This document shows, piece by piece, positions 1-10,638 of a stretch of 64,000 nt of DNA (within the stretch, counting starts at the first letter, position 1; the number at the start of each line of letters is the position of its first letter). Location of the stretch: NCBI GenBank assembly GCA_034422515.1, contig DAOUJP010000010.1, positions 200,123-264,122 on the forward strand, given 5' to 3'. A model generated the notes under the pieces. It saw only the letters and a program-made list of their open reading frames with translations. It did no database searches and had not been told where the DNA came from. Both the position numbers and the translations under genes were made by a program. This DNA is from Chloroflexota bacterium (GTDB taxonomy: Bacteria; Chloroflexota; UBA11872; UBA12225; JAJDUF01).

Positions 1-1239
1 ACAGTCGGCCGACGTGCGCGTGCGCGATGGGGTCTTGGGGCAGGGCAAATCGAGTGAGCGCCTGATCCGGGTATTCGAGGCACACATGCTCACGCTGTAC
101 GAGCCGCTGCTGACGCTGGCGGGCAAGCGCCTCGGTATGTATGCCGTGGGTGTGCCGGCACACACGTTGGCGGATGACCGCGAGTCGTTGTTCCGGGTCT
201 TCTTGCCGGTGATCGGCTCCATTGCCTTGGTGGCGATAGCGGTCGGCTATGCGGTCGCAATGCGCCTGACCCACCCGCTGCGCCGGCTGACCAAGGCGGC
301 CGAGCAGATCGGTCAGGGTGACTTGCAGACGCCGGTTGCCGTCACGGGTGATGATGAAGTGGCGCTCCTGGCATCGCGGATGGAGGAGATGCGTCGCAGC
401 TTGCAGCAAACCTACGAAAATCTGACCGAGTTGAACAAGCTCAAGGACGAATACCTCTTCAGCGTGGCGCACGAGGTGCGGACACCGCTGACGGCGCTGC
501 TGGCGACCGTCGAAATCCTGGCAAGCGACTACGAGCTGATGACGCCGGCCGAGCTACGGTCGGCGGTGGAGCGTATCTCGCGTAGCTCGGTGCGGCTGGG
601 GACGCTGGTGGACAACGTGCTGGACGCCGGCAGTATCCGCGCGGGACGGTTCGATATTTACGTCATGCCGACTCGTCTCGACGTGGTGTGCGGACAGGCG
701 ATAGCGACGGTACGTTCGCTGCTCGAAGAGCGTGGGCAGCGCGTCGTGCGCGATCTGCCGGACACGTTACCGCCGTTGCTGGCCGACCGGAATCGTTTGG
801 CCCAAGTGATGACCAACCTGCTCACCAACGCCATCAAATATGCGCCGGCCGGCGACGATATTGTGGTCGAGGCCACCTGGCAAGGCGGGACGACGGCGGC
901 CGGGCAGGTGCGGATTGCCGTCACGGACCATGGCGCCGGTATTCCGCTGCCCGATCAGGCGACGGTGTTCGAGCGCTATTTCCGCTCCGCGACGACGACG
1001 CAGGGATCGCCGGGGACGGGACTGGGACTGTCTATCGCCAAGGCCATCGTCGAGGCGCATGGTGGTCGGATCGGCTTGACGAGCGACGAGGGGGTGGGAA
1101 CGACCGTGTGGTTTACCATCCCCGTCGCCAGCGTGACCACGCCCGGTCTGCACGAGCAAATAGAAAGCGGTGATGCGGACCGGGCGGATCGGCCGGCCGC
1201 AGCGCGGCCCCCGCTGCCTGAACGCGAGGTAGTGGTGCG

Positions 1240-1243
<4 letters not shown>
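1..1243 (+). CDS. Two-component sensor histidine kinase, probably truncated at the 5' end by the window edge
   Basis: Transmembrane segment then HAMP-like linker; HisKA H-box SVAHEVRTPLTA; HATPase_c G-boxes DHGAGIP and GTGLGLSIAKAIVEAHGG. The stop overlaps the regulator start as ATGA. Confidence 0.85.
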
Positions 1244-1938
<695 letters not shown>

Positions 1939-2027
1939 GCAGCGGTGGGCGTCGCAGTGCTTCCGGCCGGTTGGCGTGGCTTGGCCGCGCCAGCAACAGG
2001 GCAGCACTGCCCAGCGTTCTACTCACA

Positions 2028-2106
2028 GGGATAGGCCTCACCCCCAGCCCCCTCTCCATCGCAAAGCGATAGAGAGGGGGGATTCCCGCTGGCGCGGGAA
2101 TGACGA
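2028..2106. repeat. Composite hairpin repeat, family D (CCCCTCTCCATCGC-N-GCGATAGAGAGGGG) followed by family E (GGATTCCCGC-TTTC-GCGGGAATGACG)
   Basis: Near-identical copies at 6387-6437 and 14552-14632 (D) and at 9160, 14600, 39035, 40215 and 55495 reverse (E). Both are perfect inverted repeats. Confidence 0.8.
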
Positions 2107-2139
2107 TTTTTGCAACGGTCTCCAGAGGGGAACAGTGGC

Positions 2140-2436
2140 ATGATTGCGCCAGAGATAGCGCCCCCGGAGCTGGCCCCGGACATCGAGCGCCGGTCGCGCC
2201 TGATTCCGCGATACCGCGTGCTGCTCCACAATGACGACTTCAACGAGATGGGCTACGTGGTGCGCGCGCTGCAGAAGTCGGTACCGTCGTTGAGTAGGGA
2301 AGAGGCGGAGGCCATCATGCTGGAGGCGCACGAGGAGGGTGTGGCCACCGTCATTGTCTGCCCGCTGGAGTTGGCCGAACTGTATCGGGACCGTTTGCAG
2401 ACCTTCAGGTTGACCAGCACGATCGAGCGGGAGTAG
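2140..2436 (+). CDS. clpS: ATP-dependent Clp protease adaptor ClpS
   Basis: YRVLLHNDDFNEMGYVVRALQKSV...AEAIMLEAHEEGVATVIVCPLELAE matches the ClpS core. The ORF-track start at 2110 abuts the repeat; the internal Met (MIAPE) is preferred. Confidence 0.8.
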   Translation: MIAPEIAPPELAPDIERRSRLIPRYRVLLHNDDFNEMGYVVRALQKSVPSLSREEAEAIMLEAHEEGVATVIVCPLELAELYRDRLQTFRLTSTIERE

Positions 2437-2449
2437 CGGGCTGCCGGCT

Positions 2450-3649
2450 ATGCTGCGGCTGTACGGCTCGTTTACTACGCTGCGTCGCTCCACAAAGCTA
2501 CGTCGGCTCTTGGCGCCCCCCACCTACTTCCTGCTGGCGCTGCTGCTGCTCGTAGCCGGCCGAGCACTCCCCCGGGATCCCCTGACGAGCATCAGGTCAG
2601 CACTCTTTGCGCCGGATTTCGAGGCGGTCCACGTGCAGATCGTCCTCGACCAGGAGCAGCATACCCCCGACCACACCGGCAGCACCGCACCCTACGGTAC
2701 TGACGTGCCGCGCCTGATAACGCTGACGAGCGAGGGCGAGGTCTTGGCGCGGAGGGACGAGCTGATCCGTTATATCTGGCATGATGGTGGTTTTCCGCAA
2801 CAAGTACCGACGTTGATTACGGAGAATATCACCGATGCGGACTTTAGCAGCTTGGGTAACCTCCAAAGTATTGATCGAATCACGGTAGAGATGGCCCATG
2901 GTGTCAACTCTATCGTCTATCTCTTCCATCCGGAGCGGGATAATGACAAGCTCATGATCTACCATCAGGGGCATCGGGGCGGGTTTCTCCTGGGCAAGGG
3001 AACGATTGCCTATTTCCTCGGGAAGGGCTACACGGTCGCCGCGTTTGCCATGCCGCTGCTCGGTATGAACAACCGGCCGGTCGTGGAGCTACCACGGTTC
3101 GGCAGACTGCGACTGCATACGCACGACCATCTGCGCTACCTGGATACGGCCACATTCTCGTCGCTGCAGTTCTTCCTGGAGCCGGTGGCGATGCTGTTGA
3201 ATTACGTCGAGCAAGCGCATGACTTTCGGTCGGTCTCGATGATGGGCGTCTCCGGAGGGGGCTGGACCACGACGCTGTATGCAGCCTTGGACCCCCGCGT
3301 GGCCTACAGCTACCCGGTGGCCGGCACGTTACCGCTCTACCTCAGCTCGGAGGTGGAGATTGGGGACTATGAGGAGTCGCTACCGGAGTTCTACCGCATT
3401 GCCAACTACCTGGAGCTGTATCTCCTCGGCTCCTATGGCCAAGACCGGCATCAGGTGCAGATACTGAACTACTCCGACCCGTGCTGCTTTGGCGGCATCG
3501 GCTACCTGAGCTATGAGCCGGCAGTGATCCGGGCGCTGGCAGTGCTGGGGCCGGGCAGCTTTGAGGTCTATTTGGACACCACGCACCACGACCACGCGAT
3601 CTCCGAGACGGCGCGACTGGTGATCTACGGGAAGGACAACGGGCGCTAG
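2450..3649 (+). CDS. Hypothetical membrane-anchored or secreted protein, possibly alpha/beta-hydrolase-like
   Basis: N-terminal hydrophobic segment (YFLLALLLLVAG); GxSxG-like GVSGGG and HQGHRGG motifs. No firm family assignment. Confidence 0.4.
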   Translation: MLRLYGSFTTLRRSTKLRRLLAPPTYFLLALLLLVAGRALPRDPLTSIRSALFAPDFEAVHVQIVLDQEQHTPDHTGSTAPYGTDVPRLITLTSEGEVLARRDELIRYIWHDGGFPQQVPTLITENITDADFSSLGNLQSIDRITVEMAHGVNSIVYLFHPERDNDKLMIYHQGHRGGFLLGKGTIAYFLGKGYTVAAFAMPLLGMNNRPVVELPRFGRLRLHTHDHLRYLDTATFSSLQFFLEPVAMLLNYVEQAHDFRSVSMMGVSGGGWTTTLYAALDPRVAYSYPVAGTLPLYLSSEVEIGDYEESLPEFYRIANYLELYLLGSYGQDRHQVQILNYSDPCCFGGIGYLSYEPAVIRALAVLGPGSFEVYLDTTHHDHAISETARLVIYGKDNGR

Positions 3650-3667
3650 GCTAGGAGGTGGTGCGGG

Positions 3668-3716
3668 AGGCTGGCCCCCCTATGGGTCCCCCCGTCCCGA
3701 CGGGGGGACGGAGGGT
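3668..3716. repeat. Hairpin repeat family B (CCCCCCTATGGTCCCCCCGCTGCGGCGGGGGGACGG)
   Basis: Copies at 9050, 18370, 40182, 43450 (reverse), 45380, 54550 and 62250 (reverse). Confidence 0.8.
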
Positions 3717-4591
3717 GGCTGCGCCTGGATTGCCGATGGTCGCGCCGCCGTGCGGGGGAGCGGCGGGTGCTTGGTGTGCTGGCGCTGGCGGAATATCGCG
3801 TAGAGCACGACGCCCGTCGCTACGGCCAGGTTGAGCGAGTTGACGCGGCCGACCATGGGGAGGCGTAGCAGGTCGTCGCAGGCGGCGGCTTGGTTGGCCG
3901 ATAGTCCTTCGCGCTCGCTGCCCATGAGCAGGACGAGCGGGGCAGCGTAAGAAACGGCGTCGTAGTCGCGGGTGGCGTTGACGGCGGTGCCGACGAGGCG
4001 GTAGCCGTGCGCTTGCTGCCAGGCGCAGAGCGCGGCGAACGTCGTGCGGACCAGGCGTTGGGTGCAGATGGCGCCCATGCTGGCGCGCACGGCCGCCGGG
4101 TGATACGGGTCGGTGGCATCGCCGAGGAGGATTAGTCCGGCGCCGCCAACCGCGTCGAGCGTGCGGAGGATGGTGCCGACGTTGCCGGGGTCCTGCGGAG
4201 CGTCGAGGGCGACCCAGCATAGCTCGTCGCCCGGCTGGACGGTGGCGAGGGAGTGCCAACGCTGGCGCACCACCGCCGCGAGGCCCTGTGGATGCTGGCG
4301 CGTCGAGAGGCTCTGCATCACCGCGGCCGTGACCGCCAGGCGAGGCACGTCGCGGCGCACCTGGCGGGCAAGCAGGTCGTGGGCATAGTCGCTGGTCAGT
4401 AGCTCCGGGGCGACGATCAGGGAGGCGATCTCGCTGCCACTGCGGATGGCTTCGGCTACGAGACGGATGCCTTCAGTGAAGAACAGGCCGCTGCGGCTGC
4501 GCTCCTTGCGCGTGGCGAGCTTGCGGACTTGCATGATCCGCGGATTGCGGGGGCTGGCGATCAGCGTGCGTGTGGGTTGGCTGAGCATTGG
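3680..4591 (-). CDS. TrmH/SpoU-family RNA 2'-O-methyltransferase
   Basis: SPOUT motifs GNVGTILRTLDAVGGAG, LLMGSEREGLS and NSLNLAVATGVVLYAI. The ORF-track N-terminus runs into repeat A/C, so the start was moved to the internal Met (MLSQPTR). Confidence 0.8.
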   Translation of the reverse strand, partial: PMLSQPTRTLIASPRNPRIMQVRKLATRKERSRSGLFFTEGIRLVAEAIRSGSEIASLIVAPELLTSDYAHDLLARQVRRDVPRLAVTAAVMQSLSTRQHPQGLAAVVRQRWHSLATVQPGDELCWVALDAPQDPGNVGTILRTLDAVGGAGLILLGDATDPYHPAAVRASMGAICTQRLVRTTFAALCAWQQAHGYRLVGTAVNATRDYDAVSYAAPLVLLMGSEREGLSANQAAACDDLLRLPMVGRVNSLNLAVATGVVLYAIFRQRQHTKHPPLPRTAARPSAIQAQPPSVPPSGRGDP

Positions 4592-4603
4592 TGGTTCCTG
4601 GTG

Positions 4604-4712
4604 GTGGGCTGGACCTAACCCCCGGCCCCTTCCCTTCAGGGAAGGGGGGTCAGGACGGCGACCGGTGGCCCCCACCCCAGCCCTCCCCCGTCCCGACGGG
4701 GGAGGGTGTACG
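4604..4712. repeat. Hairpin repeat family A (GACCTAACCCCCGGCCCCTTCCC-TGCA-GGGAAGGGG) plus family C (CCCTCCCCCGTCCCGACGGGGGAGGG)
   Basis: A copies at 10575, 12110, 21310 and a degenerate one at 18300. C copies at 45470, 54590, 60650 and 62160. Confidence 0.8.
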
Positions 4713-4745
4713 CCGTCTCCCGCTGGGAGGAGGGCTAGACCGCGG

Positions 4746-5732
4746 CTACCGTTGCTGGCGGGGGTGGTGGAGGGCGTCGGGGTTGACGACGTGCTGGGGC
4801 TGGCCAGCGATGTAGGCTAGGACGTTGTCCACGGGTAGGCGGACTTGATTGGCCGAGCCTACGTCAGTGACCCAGGCGATGTGGGGGGCGAGGATCGCGT
4901 TGTCGCGGGTGAGTAGGGGATGGTTGGGTGGGAGCGGCTCTTGCCAGTACACGTCGAGGCCGGCGACGGCCAGCGGACCGTGGTCGAGGGCGTCGAGGAG
5001 CGCCTGCTCGTCAATCAGGGCGGCGCGGGCCGTGTTCACGAGCAGGGCGCCGGGGCGTAGCAGCGACAACTCGCGGGCGCCGATGATGTTGGCGGTGCGC
5101 TCGGTGGCGCGGAGGTGCAGGGACAGGACGTGGGCCGTGCTAAGTAGCTCGTCGAATGGCACAAGCTCGGCGCCGCAGGCGGCAGCCCGGTCGGGATCGT
5201 GGGTGAGGCTCCAAGCGATGACCTTCATGCCGAGGGCGGCGCCCATGCGGGCCACTTGCTGACCGATCAGGCCGAGGCCGACGAGTCCGAGCGTCTTGCC
5301 GCGCAGCTCCCAGCCTTGCTCGTGGTACCAGGTGCCGCCGCGGACCTTGCGGTCGGTGAGCGGCAGGCGGCGGGCGGCGGCGAACATGAGGGCAATGGTC
5401 AGCTCGGCGACGGATTGTGTGGTGGCGCCGGGGGCGTTGCAGGCGAGGACACCGTGCTCGGTCGCGGCCGGTAGGTCCACCTGGTCGGTGCCGGTGCCGA
5501 CGATGGCGATCAGCTTGAGCTTGGGCAGGCGGGCGAGCAAGTCGGCATCGAATACGGTGTAGGCGCGCACGGTGACGGCGACGTCGGCGTCCGCCAGGCG
5601 GGCGACCAACTCATCGAGGTCGGCGGCGCGGGTATCGTAGAGCGCCACGTCGCCGGCGGCTTGTAGCCGGGCCACTTCGTCGGGATAGTCGGCGTAGGCG
5701 GGGGGATAGTCGTCGGGGATGACAATTTTCAT
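4746..5732 (-). CDS. D-isomer-specific 2-hydroxyacid dehydrogenase (PGDH/glyoxylate reductase family)
   Basis: NAD-binding GLVGLGLIGQQVA; catalytic R...E...H region LAPHIAW; overall D-2-HADH architecture. Confidence 0.9.
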   Translation of the reverse strand: MKIVIPDDYPPAYADYPDEVARLQAAGDVALYDTRAADLDELVARLADADVAVTVRAYTVFDADLLARLPKLKLIAIVGTGTDQVDLPAATEHGVLACNAPGATTQSVAELTIALMFAAARRLPLTDRKVRGGTWYHEQGWELRGKTLGLVGLGLIGQQVARMGAALGMKVIAWSLTHDPDRAAACGAELVPFDELLSTAHVLSLHLRATERTANIIGARELSLLRPGALLVNTARAALIDEQALLDALDHGPLAVAGLDVYWQEPLPPNHPLLTRDNAILAPHIAWVTDVGSANQVRLPVDNVLAYIAGQPQHVVNPDALHHPRQQR

Positions 5733-5921
5733 GGGGTTGCTCCTCCTCTCGGTGTGGTCGTATTATAGCGGCTGGGGAATAGTTGATAGTAATACCATCA
5801 GAACTCTTGACAATCTCCGCATAAGGTGATAGGATAGGAGTGTCACCGGAATGGTCGGTGACGAGAGTGGATAGGTCGGCCAGTGACGGCCGGCACTACG
5901 AGCCGTAGGAGGTAAAGGACG

Positions 5922-6374
5922 ATGGAGAACATCACGCGACACAATCCGTTTGGGACGGGGCGGCCGTTGAGCGAGATGGTGGACAAGCTGTTCCGCGAGA
6001 GCGTCGTGTTTCCGCGGTTTGCGGAGGGCGACGAGCGGATGGTGGCGGCCGGGGTGCCGAGCCTGTACGAGACAGAGGAGGGCTACGAGCTGTATGTGGC
6101 CGTGCCCGGCGCACAGGCCGACAATCTGGACATCTCGCTGCAGGGCGACGTGATCTCGATCAGCGGCAAGAGCGCGTGGGAGGTACCGGAGAAGGCGGCG
6201 GCCATCTGGCAGGGTATCCAGCCGCGCGAGTTCCGTTTTGCCTGGCGTTTGCCCGGCGAGGTGGAGGGGAGCGAGGTGAAGGCCAAGCTGGAGCAGGGCA
6301 TCTTGCAGCTGACGCTGCCGAAGGCGCGTGCCCAGCGACCGCGGCGCATTACTATCGAGACGAACGGGAGTTGA
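5922..6374 (+). CDS. Hsp20/alpha-crystallin small heat-shock protein
   Basis: Alpha-crystallin domain: YELYVAVPG...DISLQGDVISISG...FRFAWRLPGEVE...AKLEQGILQLTLPK. Confidence 0.9.
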   Translation: MENITRHNPFGTGRPLSEMVDKLFRESVVFPRFAEGDERMVAAGVPSLYETEEGYELYVAVPGAQADNLDISLQGDVISISGKSAWEVPEKAAAIWQGIQPREFRFAWRLPGEVEGSEVKAKLEQGILQLTLPKARAQRPRRITIETNGS

Positions 6375-6386
6375 GGCGCAGGCGCA

Positions 6387-6437
6387 GGCCTCACCCCCTG
6401 GCCCCCTCTCCATCGCGGAGCGATAGAGAGGGGGTTT
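6387..6437 (+). terminator. Family-D hairpin repeat followed by TTTT; probable intrinsic terminator for hsp20
   Basis: CCCCTCTCCATCGCGGAGCGATAGAGAGGGGG then TTTTGCC directly after the hsp20 stop. Confidence 0.5.
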
Positions 6438-6487
6438 TGCCGCTTGTCGTTGCTGCGTGTGGGGGGCCATGCCCTCGGGTGGCGGGC

Positions 6488-6516
6488 TTGACTTCCTCGT
6501 GTGATTTATTTATGAT
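6488..6516 (+). promoter_or_regulatory. Sigma-70-like promoter: TTGACT, 17-nt spacer, TATGAT
   Basis: TTGACTtcctcgtgtgatttattTATGAT. It lies about 200 nt upstream of the 6714 CDS, which implies a long 5' leader. Confidence 0.45.
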
Positions 6517-6713
6517 GGTGCTCTTGGATACCGTGTAGCGGTATTCACGACACAGTGTTGGGCGCACAGACCAATGAGTGACCGCACGCCGATACCCAGC
6601 GACGCGCCGCCTGACGGGATTGTGGCCTCACGCTGCCTTGCGGCACGTTGCTGGGATGGTGCGGTTCATTGGTAGTGAGCCACAGTCCCCAACTGCAAGG
6701 GAGACACCTCGCT

Positions 6714-7376
6714 ATGTGGCCCAGACGCACTCTGCTGGCTGGCGGCATTTCCGTGCTGGCTCTTTCTCGCTCTGCTAAGGCGCAGAGTGCATTGAAGCAT
6801 GGCACAGTAGTACAACTCGATACGACACCACACATATGGGTTGCCGATTGGCAAGGTGTCCTTCATTGGGCAGGCGATACACGCGCTCTTCAAGGACGAC
6901 ATGTTGATTGGAGCAGGCACCGCCATGTATGGCTCCATACGCTAGAAGGTAACTACTTGCAGCGTGGATACGGCTACCAGGTTGGCGACCCTTGGCTTTC
7001 TCTTGGCTTGCTGAAGGACGGTGATCCTATTTACCTTCCCAAGTGGGAAACCAATTGGGCAGTACCAAAGCTGTACCACATACTCAACATCAGAGATGTT
7101 GAACTGTTTGGCATCAATGAGACGAACTACGGAAAGTTCGTTATAGATAGGACAGAGTGGGAACGACGCCATGGATTTGACGTGAACATATTGGAGCGCC
7201 ATTCTTTACCGTCTACAGTGCCAGATGTCTTTGCGGACTGCCATCAAGCTAGGGTACTATCTATCGGAAGGAGAGTTGATTTTGATGATGGCAGAGTGCG
7301 CTTTGCCTTTTGGCACAGTAGATTACCCTCTGTGCCTGACCATGACGGCGACGGTTGGGTATTGTGTGACGGGTAG
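6714..7376 (+). CDS. Hypothetical secreted protein in a low-GC island
   Basis: Signal-peptide-like N-terminus MWPRRTLLAGGISVLALSRSAKAQSA; no recognisable domain. Region GC is clearly below the genome background. Confidence 0.5.
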   Translation: MWPRRTLLAGGISVLALSRSAKAQSALKHGTVVQLDTTPHIWVADWQGVLHWAGDTRALQGRHVDWSRHRHVWLHTLEGNYLQRGYGYQVGDPWLSLGLLKDGDPIYLPKWETNWAVPKLYHILNIRDVELFGINETNYGKFVIDRTEWERRHGFDVNILERHSLPSTVPDVFADCHQARVLSIGRRVDFDDGRVRFAFWHSRLPSVPDHDGDGWVLCDG

Positions 7377-7524
7377 TATGGAGAAGAAAGGCTGTTGCGG
7401 TCGAGTGTTTCTAGCCTTTGGGCGGGCCAGGAATCTGCCTAGTGGGGAAAGGTGACGTGGCCAGTATACAACATCTTACTTGCTAAGGATGTTGAAGAGG
7501 TGAAAAACTAGAAAGGTAAGTAGA

Positions 7525-8310
7525 GTGAGCACGATTGTCGTCGGCAGAGTAAGTCTAGCGAATGGTGCAGTAGCTCCGGTGCAGTGGAATGATAGCGGGG
7601 AATTTAGTAGCTTTGATGAAGGAAATAGACGTGTCTTCATAAAATACAGTTGCATCGCTAAAGGCGGTGTCGTAATAGTGGAGTTTTTGTACGACCGTTC
7701 TTATGAGGTAGGCAGTACGTTCGAGGCAGCACGCCATATCATCAACAACGCAGTCCTAACCATCGTAGGAGAAAAAGGCATTGGCTTGTTTCCCACCATC
7801 GAATACTGCAAGACTGCCGACAACCAGATAGTGAGCGCAAGTCCGGCCAGAATTGATGAGCAGGCCCCTTTCGACTCCGATGCCTTTCGACAATATTTGG
7901 GTTCTACACCTGACCTGCGAAACGCTTTGGCAGACTATAATTACGGATTGCTACATCCGTATGACAGTCCATTATTCTTCTACAGAGCTATAGAAACACT
8001 AGCACATGCTGTGCGTAGCACCGTCAACAAGGAAAAGAGCAGCGAGAAGTTGACAAGCTCCGACTGGGACATCTTTCACAGCAAGCTAGGCACCAAAAGC
8101 TCAGACCTCAATCTCTTGCTAGAGTTCTCGAAGAAACACCGACATGGACACCGAGAACTATTTAGCGATGAGGAGCACACTAGCATGATGAAAACAACAC
8201 GTTCCTTCATCGTGGCAGGGATACAGTTTCTGATACGAGAAGGCACGCAGCCTATCGATGTTTACCGTCAACAGAGAGAGGAAGCCGAAGGTGGAATGGC
8301 AGTTCAATAA
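7525..8310 (+). CDS. Hypothetical protein in a low-GC island
   Basis: 261-aa ORF with AT-rich codon usage; no recognised motif. Confidence 0.45.
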   Translation: MSTIVVGRVSLANGAVAPVQWNDSGEFSSFDEGNRRVFIKYSCIAKGGVVIVEFLYDRSYEVGSTFEAARHIINNAVLTIVGEKGIGLFPTIEYCKTADNQIVSASPARIDEQAPFDSDAFRQYLGSTPDLRNALADYNYGLLHPYDSPLFFYRAIETLAHAVRSTVNKEKSSEKLTSSDWDIFHSKLGTKSSDLNLLLEFSKKHRHGHRELFSDEEHTSMMKTTRSFIVAGIQFLIREGTQPIDVYRQQREEAEGGMAVQ

Positions 8311-8422
8311 GAACGCCATCCCCATTGGCAGATCGCTCTGCATCTACTGCAAGCACGTGTATCCTACAATCTGACACATTGACCGTTCTTTCTTAGTTTG
8401 GGTGAGGTGAAGGGAGAGAACG

Positions 8423-8938
8423 ATGGCAGGTACGGTGAGCACTTTGCCAAAACGTGAGTATCGCCTACCTCATAACCGACCTGCCGTGCGCCAGCGTGCT
8501 CGCCTGCGGGCTGCTCGCCTGCGGAATGGCTGCCCCCGGCCCCTTCGTGCAAACTTTACCAACGTCCGCTCTTACGACTTTGATCCTAGACATCACAGGT
8601 GGTCGTGGGATGATGAGCACTACCTACCGCTGGCGCAGGCGGCACTGCAGGCCTTCCAAGAAAAGCCTTATGCTCCTGTCGAAGTGAGCCAGCCCGCACT
8701 GGACAACATAATGACGGGTAGCACAGAGGGCACTCGACAGAAACGACGTGCTGAGAAAGCTATCCTGGATTTGCTTAGGGAGCATGAAGTGACAGTGTGG
8801 TTCTCTGCCAAGTCCGAAGGCTTGTCCGTGCCGATCTCATGGTTAGAGCCGATAGTGGGCTGGGTGGGCAGAGACAGGCGCGGTCAGCGGATTGACCTTG
8901 TGACGGCAACTATTGAGCTATCTCCACGTCTAGCCTGA
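8423..8938 (+). CDS. Hypothetical protein with an Arg-rich N-terminus, in a low-GC island
   Basis: 171-aa ORF; N-terminal RQRARLRAARLRNG with the short direct DNA repeat CTCGCCTGCGG present twice; no recognised domain. Confidence 0.4.
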   Translation: MAGTVSTLPKREYRLPHNRPAVRQRARLRAARLRNGCPRPLRANFTNVRSYDFDPRHHRWSWDDEHYLPLAQAALQAFQEKPYAPVEVSQPALDNIMTGSTEGTRQKRRAEKAILDLLREHEVTVWFSAKSEGLSVPISWLEPIVGWVGRDRRGQRIDLVTATIELSPRLA

Positions 8939-9043
8939 CCGTACAATGAGGTAGGGGATGGGGCCATGGGAAGCTATCGGTCCTGCTTATCCTCTAGTCC
9001 GGGGAATCCTGATGCTGACAATCCCCTCACCCTGGCTCTCGCC

Positions 9044-9186
9044 CGCGGGGCCAGCCCCCCTATGGTCCCCCCGCTGCGACGGGGGGACGGGAGTGGCGTG
9101 CTGCGCGTCTATGGCGGTGGGATTAGCGGGGAAGCGGGAGGCCTGGGTGCTGCGGCAACTGGATTGCGGCTTTCGCCGCAATGACG
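9044..9186. repeat. Repeat cluster: family B, then G-rich filler, then family E (GGATTGCGGCTTTCGCCGCAATGACGG)
   Basis: Same B-then-E arrangement as at 40182-40242. Confidence 0.75.
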
Positions 9187-9299
9187 GGCTGAGGAGGGCT
9201 GAGGGTAGAATGAGGCGGGGGTTGAAACCTTTTGGGGCGGGGGCGGTCTAAGGGGCAGAGACCGGAGCGGCCGCGGGGGCCGCTGGCAGTGAAGCCGAG

Positions 9300-10031
9300 G
9301 TGGAGAGAGCGGTGGGTCAGCAAGGCGGAGGCTCGGACCGGGTAGCGGCGATTGCGCCGGGGGCGGATGAGGCCGACCTGGTCCGGCGCAGTCAGGGCGG
9401 GGACCAGCAAGCCTTTGCGGTGCTGGTGCAGGCCTATCAGGGGACGGCCTACGCGCTGGCCTTGCGCCTGTTGCGGAATCCTGACGACGCCGCCGATATG
9501 GCCCAAGAGGCGTTCATCCGCGCGTGGCAGGCGCTGCCACGGTTTCGCGGACGGTCGCGCTTCGGTACTTGGCTGTACCGGATTGTCTACAACCTCAGTC
9601 TGAACCGGCAGGACGCGCTGCGGCGGCAGGGGCCGCAGGTGGCGGACGGTGAAGCGGTGGCGGCGGCGCTGCCGGCGCGGGAAGGCGATCCGGTCCGCAC
9701 GGCCGAGGCGGGGGAGCTGCGGGAGTGGCTCTGGCACCAAGTGGACCTGCTGCCGGAACGCTACCGGGCGGTGTTGGTGTTGTATTATTTGCGCGAGCTG
9801 ACGTATGATGAGATTGCGGAGATACTTGATCTGCCGCTGGGGACGGTGAAGACGCATCTGTACCGAGCCAAGGCGGAATTGAAGCAGCGGCTCGAACAGC
9901 AGTGGCCGGGGCGGCCAGCGGTTGATGTACCGACCGGTTCCGAGGACGAACCGCCCGCGCGGGCACACGTCCGGCTGGACCGACCAGCGATGCTAGACGG
10001 GAGCAGGATGCGATGCGCTTGGGCGCCTTGA
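9300..10031 (+). CDS. ECF (sigma-24/sigma-E family) RNA polymerase sigma factor
   Basis: Region 2 (AFAVLVQAYQGTAYALALRLLRNPDDAADMAQEAFIRAWQALPRF...WLYRIVYN) and region 4 (LPERYRAVLVLYYLRELTYDEIAEILDLPLGTVKTHLYRAKAELKQRL). The 3' end overlaps the downstream anti-sigma start. Confidence 0.85.
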   Translation: MERAVGQQGGGSDRVAAIAPGADEADLVRRSQGGDQQAFAVLVQAYQGTAYALALRLLRNPDDAADMAQEAFIRAWQALPRFRGRSRFGTWLYRIVYNLSLNRQDALRRQGPQVADGEAVAAALPAREGDPVRTAEAGELREWLWHQVDLLPERYRAVLVLYYLRELTYDEIAEILDLPLGTVKTHLYRAKAELKQRLEQQWPGRPAVDVPTGSEDEPPARAHVRLDRPAMLDGSRMRCAWAP

Positions 10032-10576
10032 TCTGTGCGTTCACCCGCCGACGCTTGCCGGGCCTGGCCGCGCGGGCGGCCGCGGCCGGGGAGACGGCGC
10101 CGCCGCGCCACGTGCGGCAGTGCGCGGAGTGCAAGCGGGAGTGGGCACGCTGGCTGGACATCGAGCAGGCGTTGTGGGCCGGCCCGGAGCAGCTGCCGAC
10201 ACCGAACCTGCTGCCGGGGATTATCGGCGCGCTGCCGGCGCAGGAGGCGCCGCTACCGGCGGCACAGCACAACGGGGTGGCGCAGTGGTGGCCGTTGGCG
10301 GCGGGGCTGGCGGTGCTGCCGGCGTTGTTCATTGGCAGTGGGGACCCGGCGGTGCTGCTGGTAGTGGCGGTGGATTGGCTGGTCAGCGCCGCCGGCTCGG
10401 CGTGGGCCGCGCCGTTCTTGGCCCTGCTGGAGCCGCTCGGTGGCCAGACGGCGTTGCTGGACTGGCTGATCCCGCTCCTCGAACACAGCGCGCGGTCGGC
10501 CGAGATGCTCGTGCCGGCGTTGATCGCGCTGATCGTGCTCAAGCCGCTGCTGCAACGGCCGGTCGCGGCGCGGTAG
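10013..10576 (+). CDS. Anti-sigma factor with zf-HC2 motif and membrane-spanning C-terminus
   Basis: HVRQCAECKREWARWLD (H-x3-C-x2-C) right after the start; hydrophobic helices downstream; coupled to the ECF sigma gene. Confidence 0.7.
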   Translation: MRLGALICAFTRRRLPGLAARAAAAGETAPPRHVRQCAECKREWARWLDIEQALWAGPEQLPTPNLLPGIIGALPAQEAPLPAAQHNGVAQWWPLAAGLAVLPALFIGSGDPAVLLVVAVDWLVSAAGSAWAAPFLALLEPLGGQTALLDWLIPLLEHSARSAEMLVPALIALIVLKPLLQRPVAAR

Positions 10577-10638
10577 GGGGCTGGACCTACCCCCCGGCCC
10601 CTTCCCTGCCAGGGAAGGGGGGTCATGGCGGCGCACGC

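Noticed and set aside
4592-4675. N-terminal extensions of ORFs that run through hairpin repeats: the TrmH ORF here, RarA at 62066-62275, the AKR at 18369-18437, and the clpS ORF from 2110
   Set aside because: The extra residues (for example GRGRGLGPAHH, PVGTGEGEGGGQ) are direct translations of repeat families A, B and C. Starts were moved to the first Met outside the repeat.
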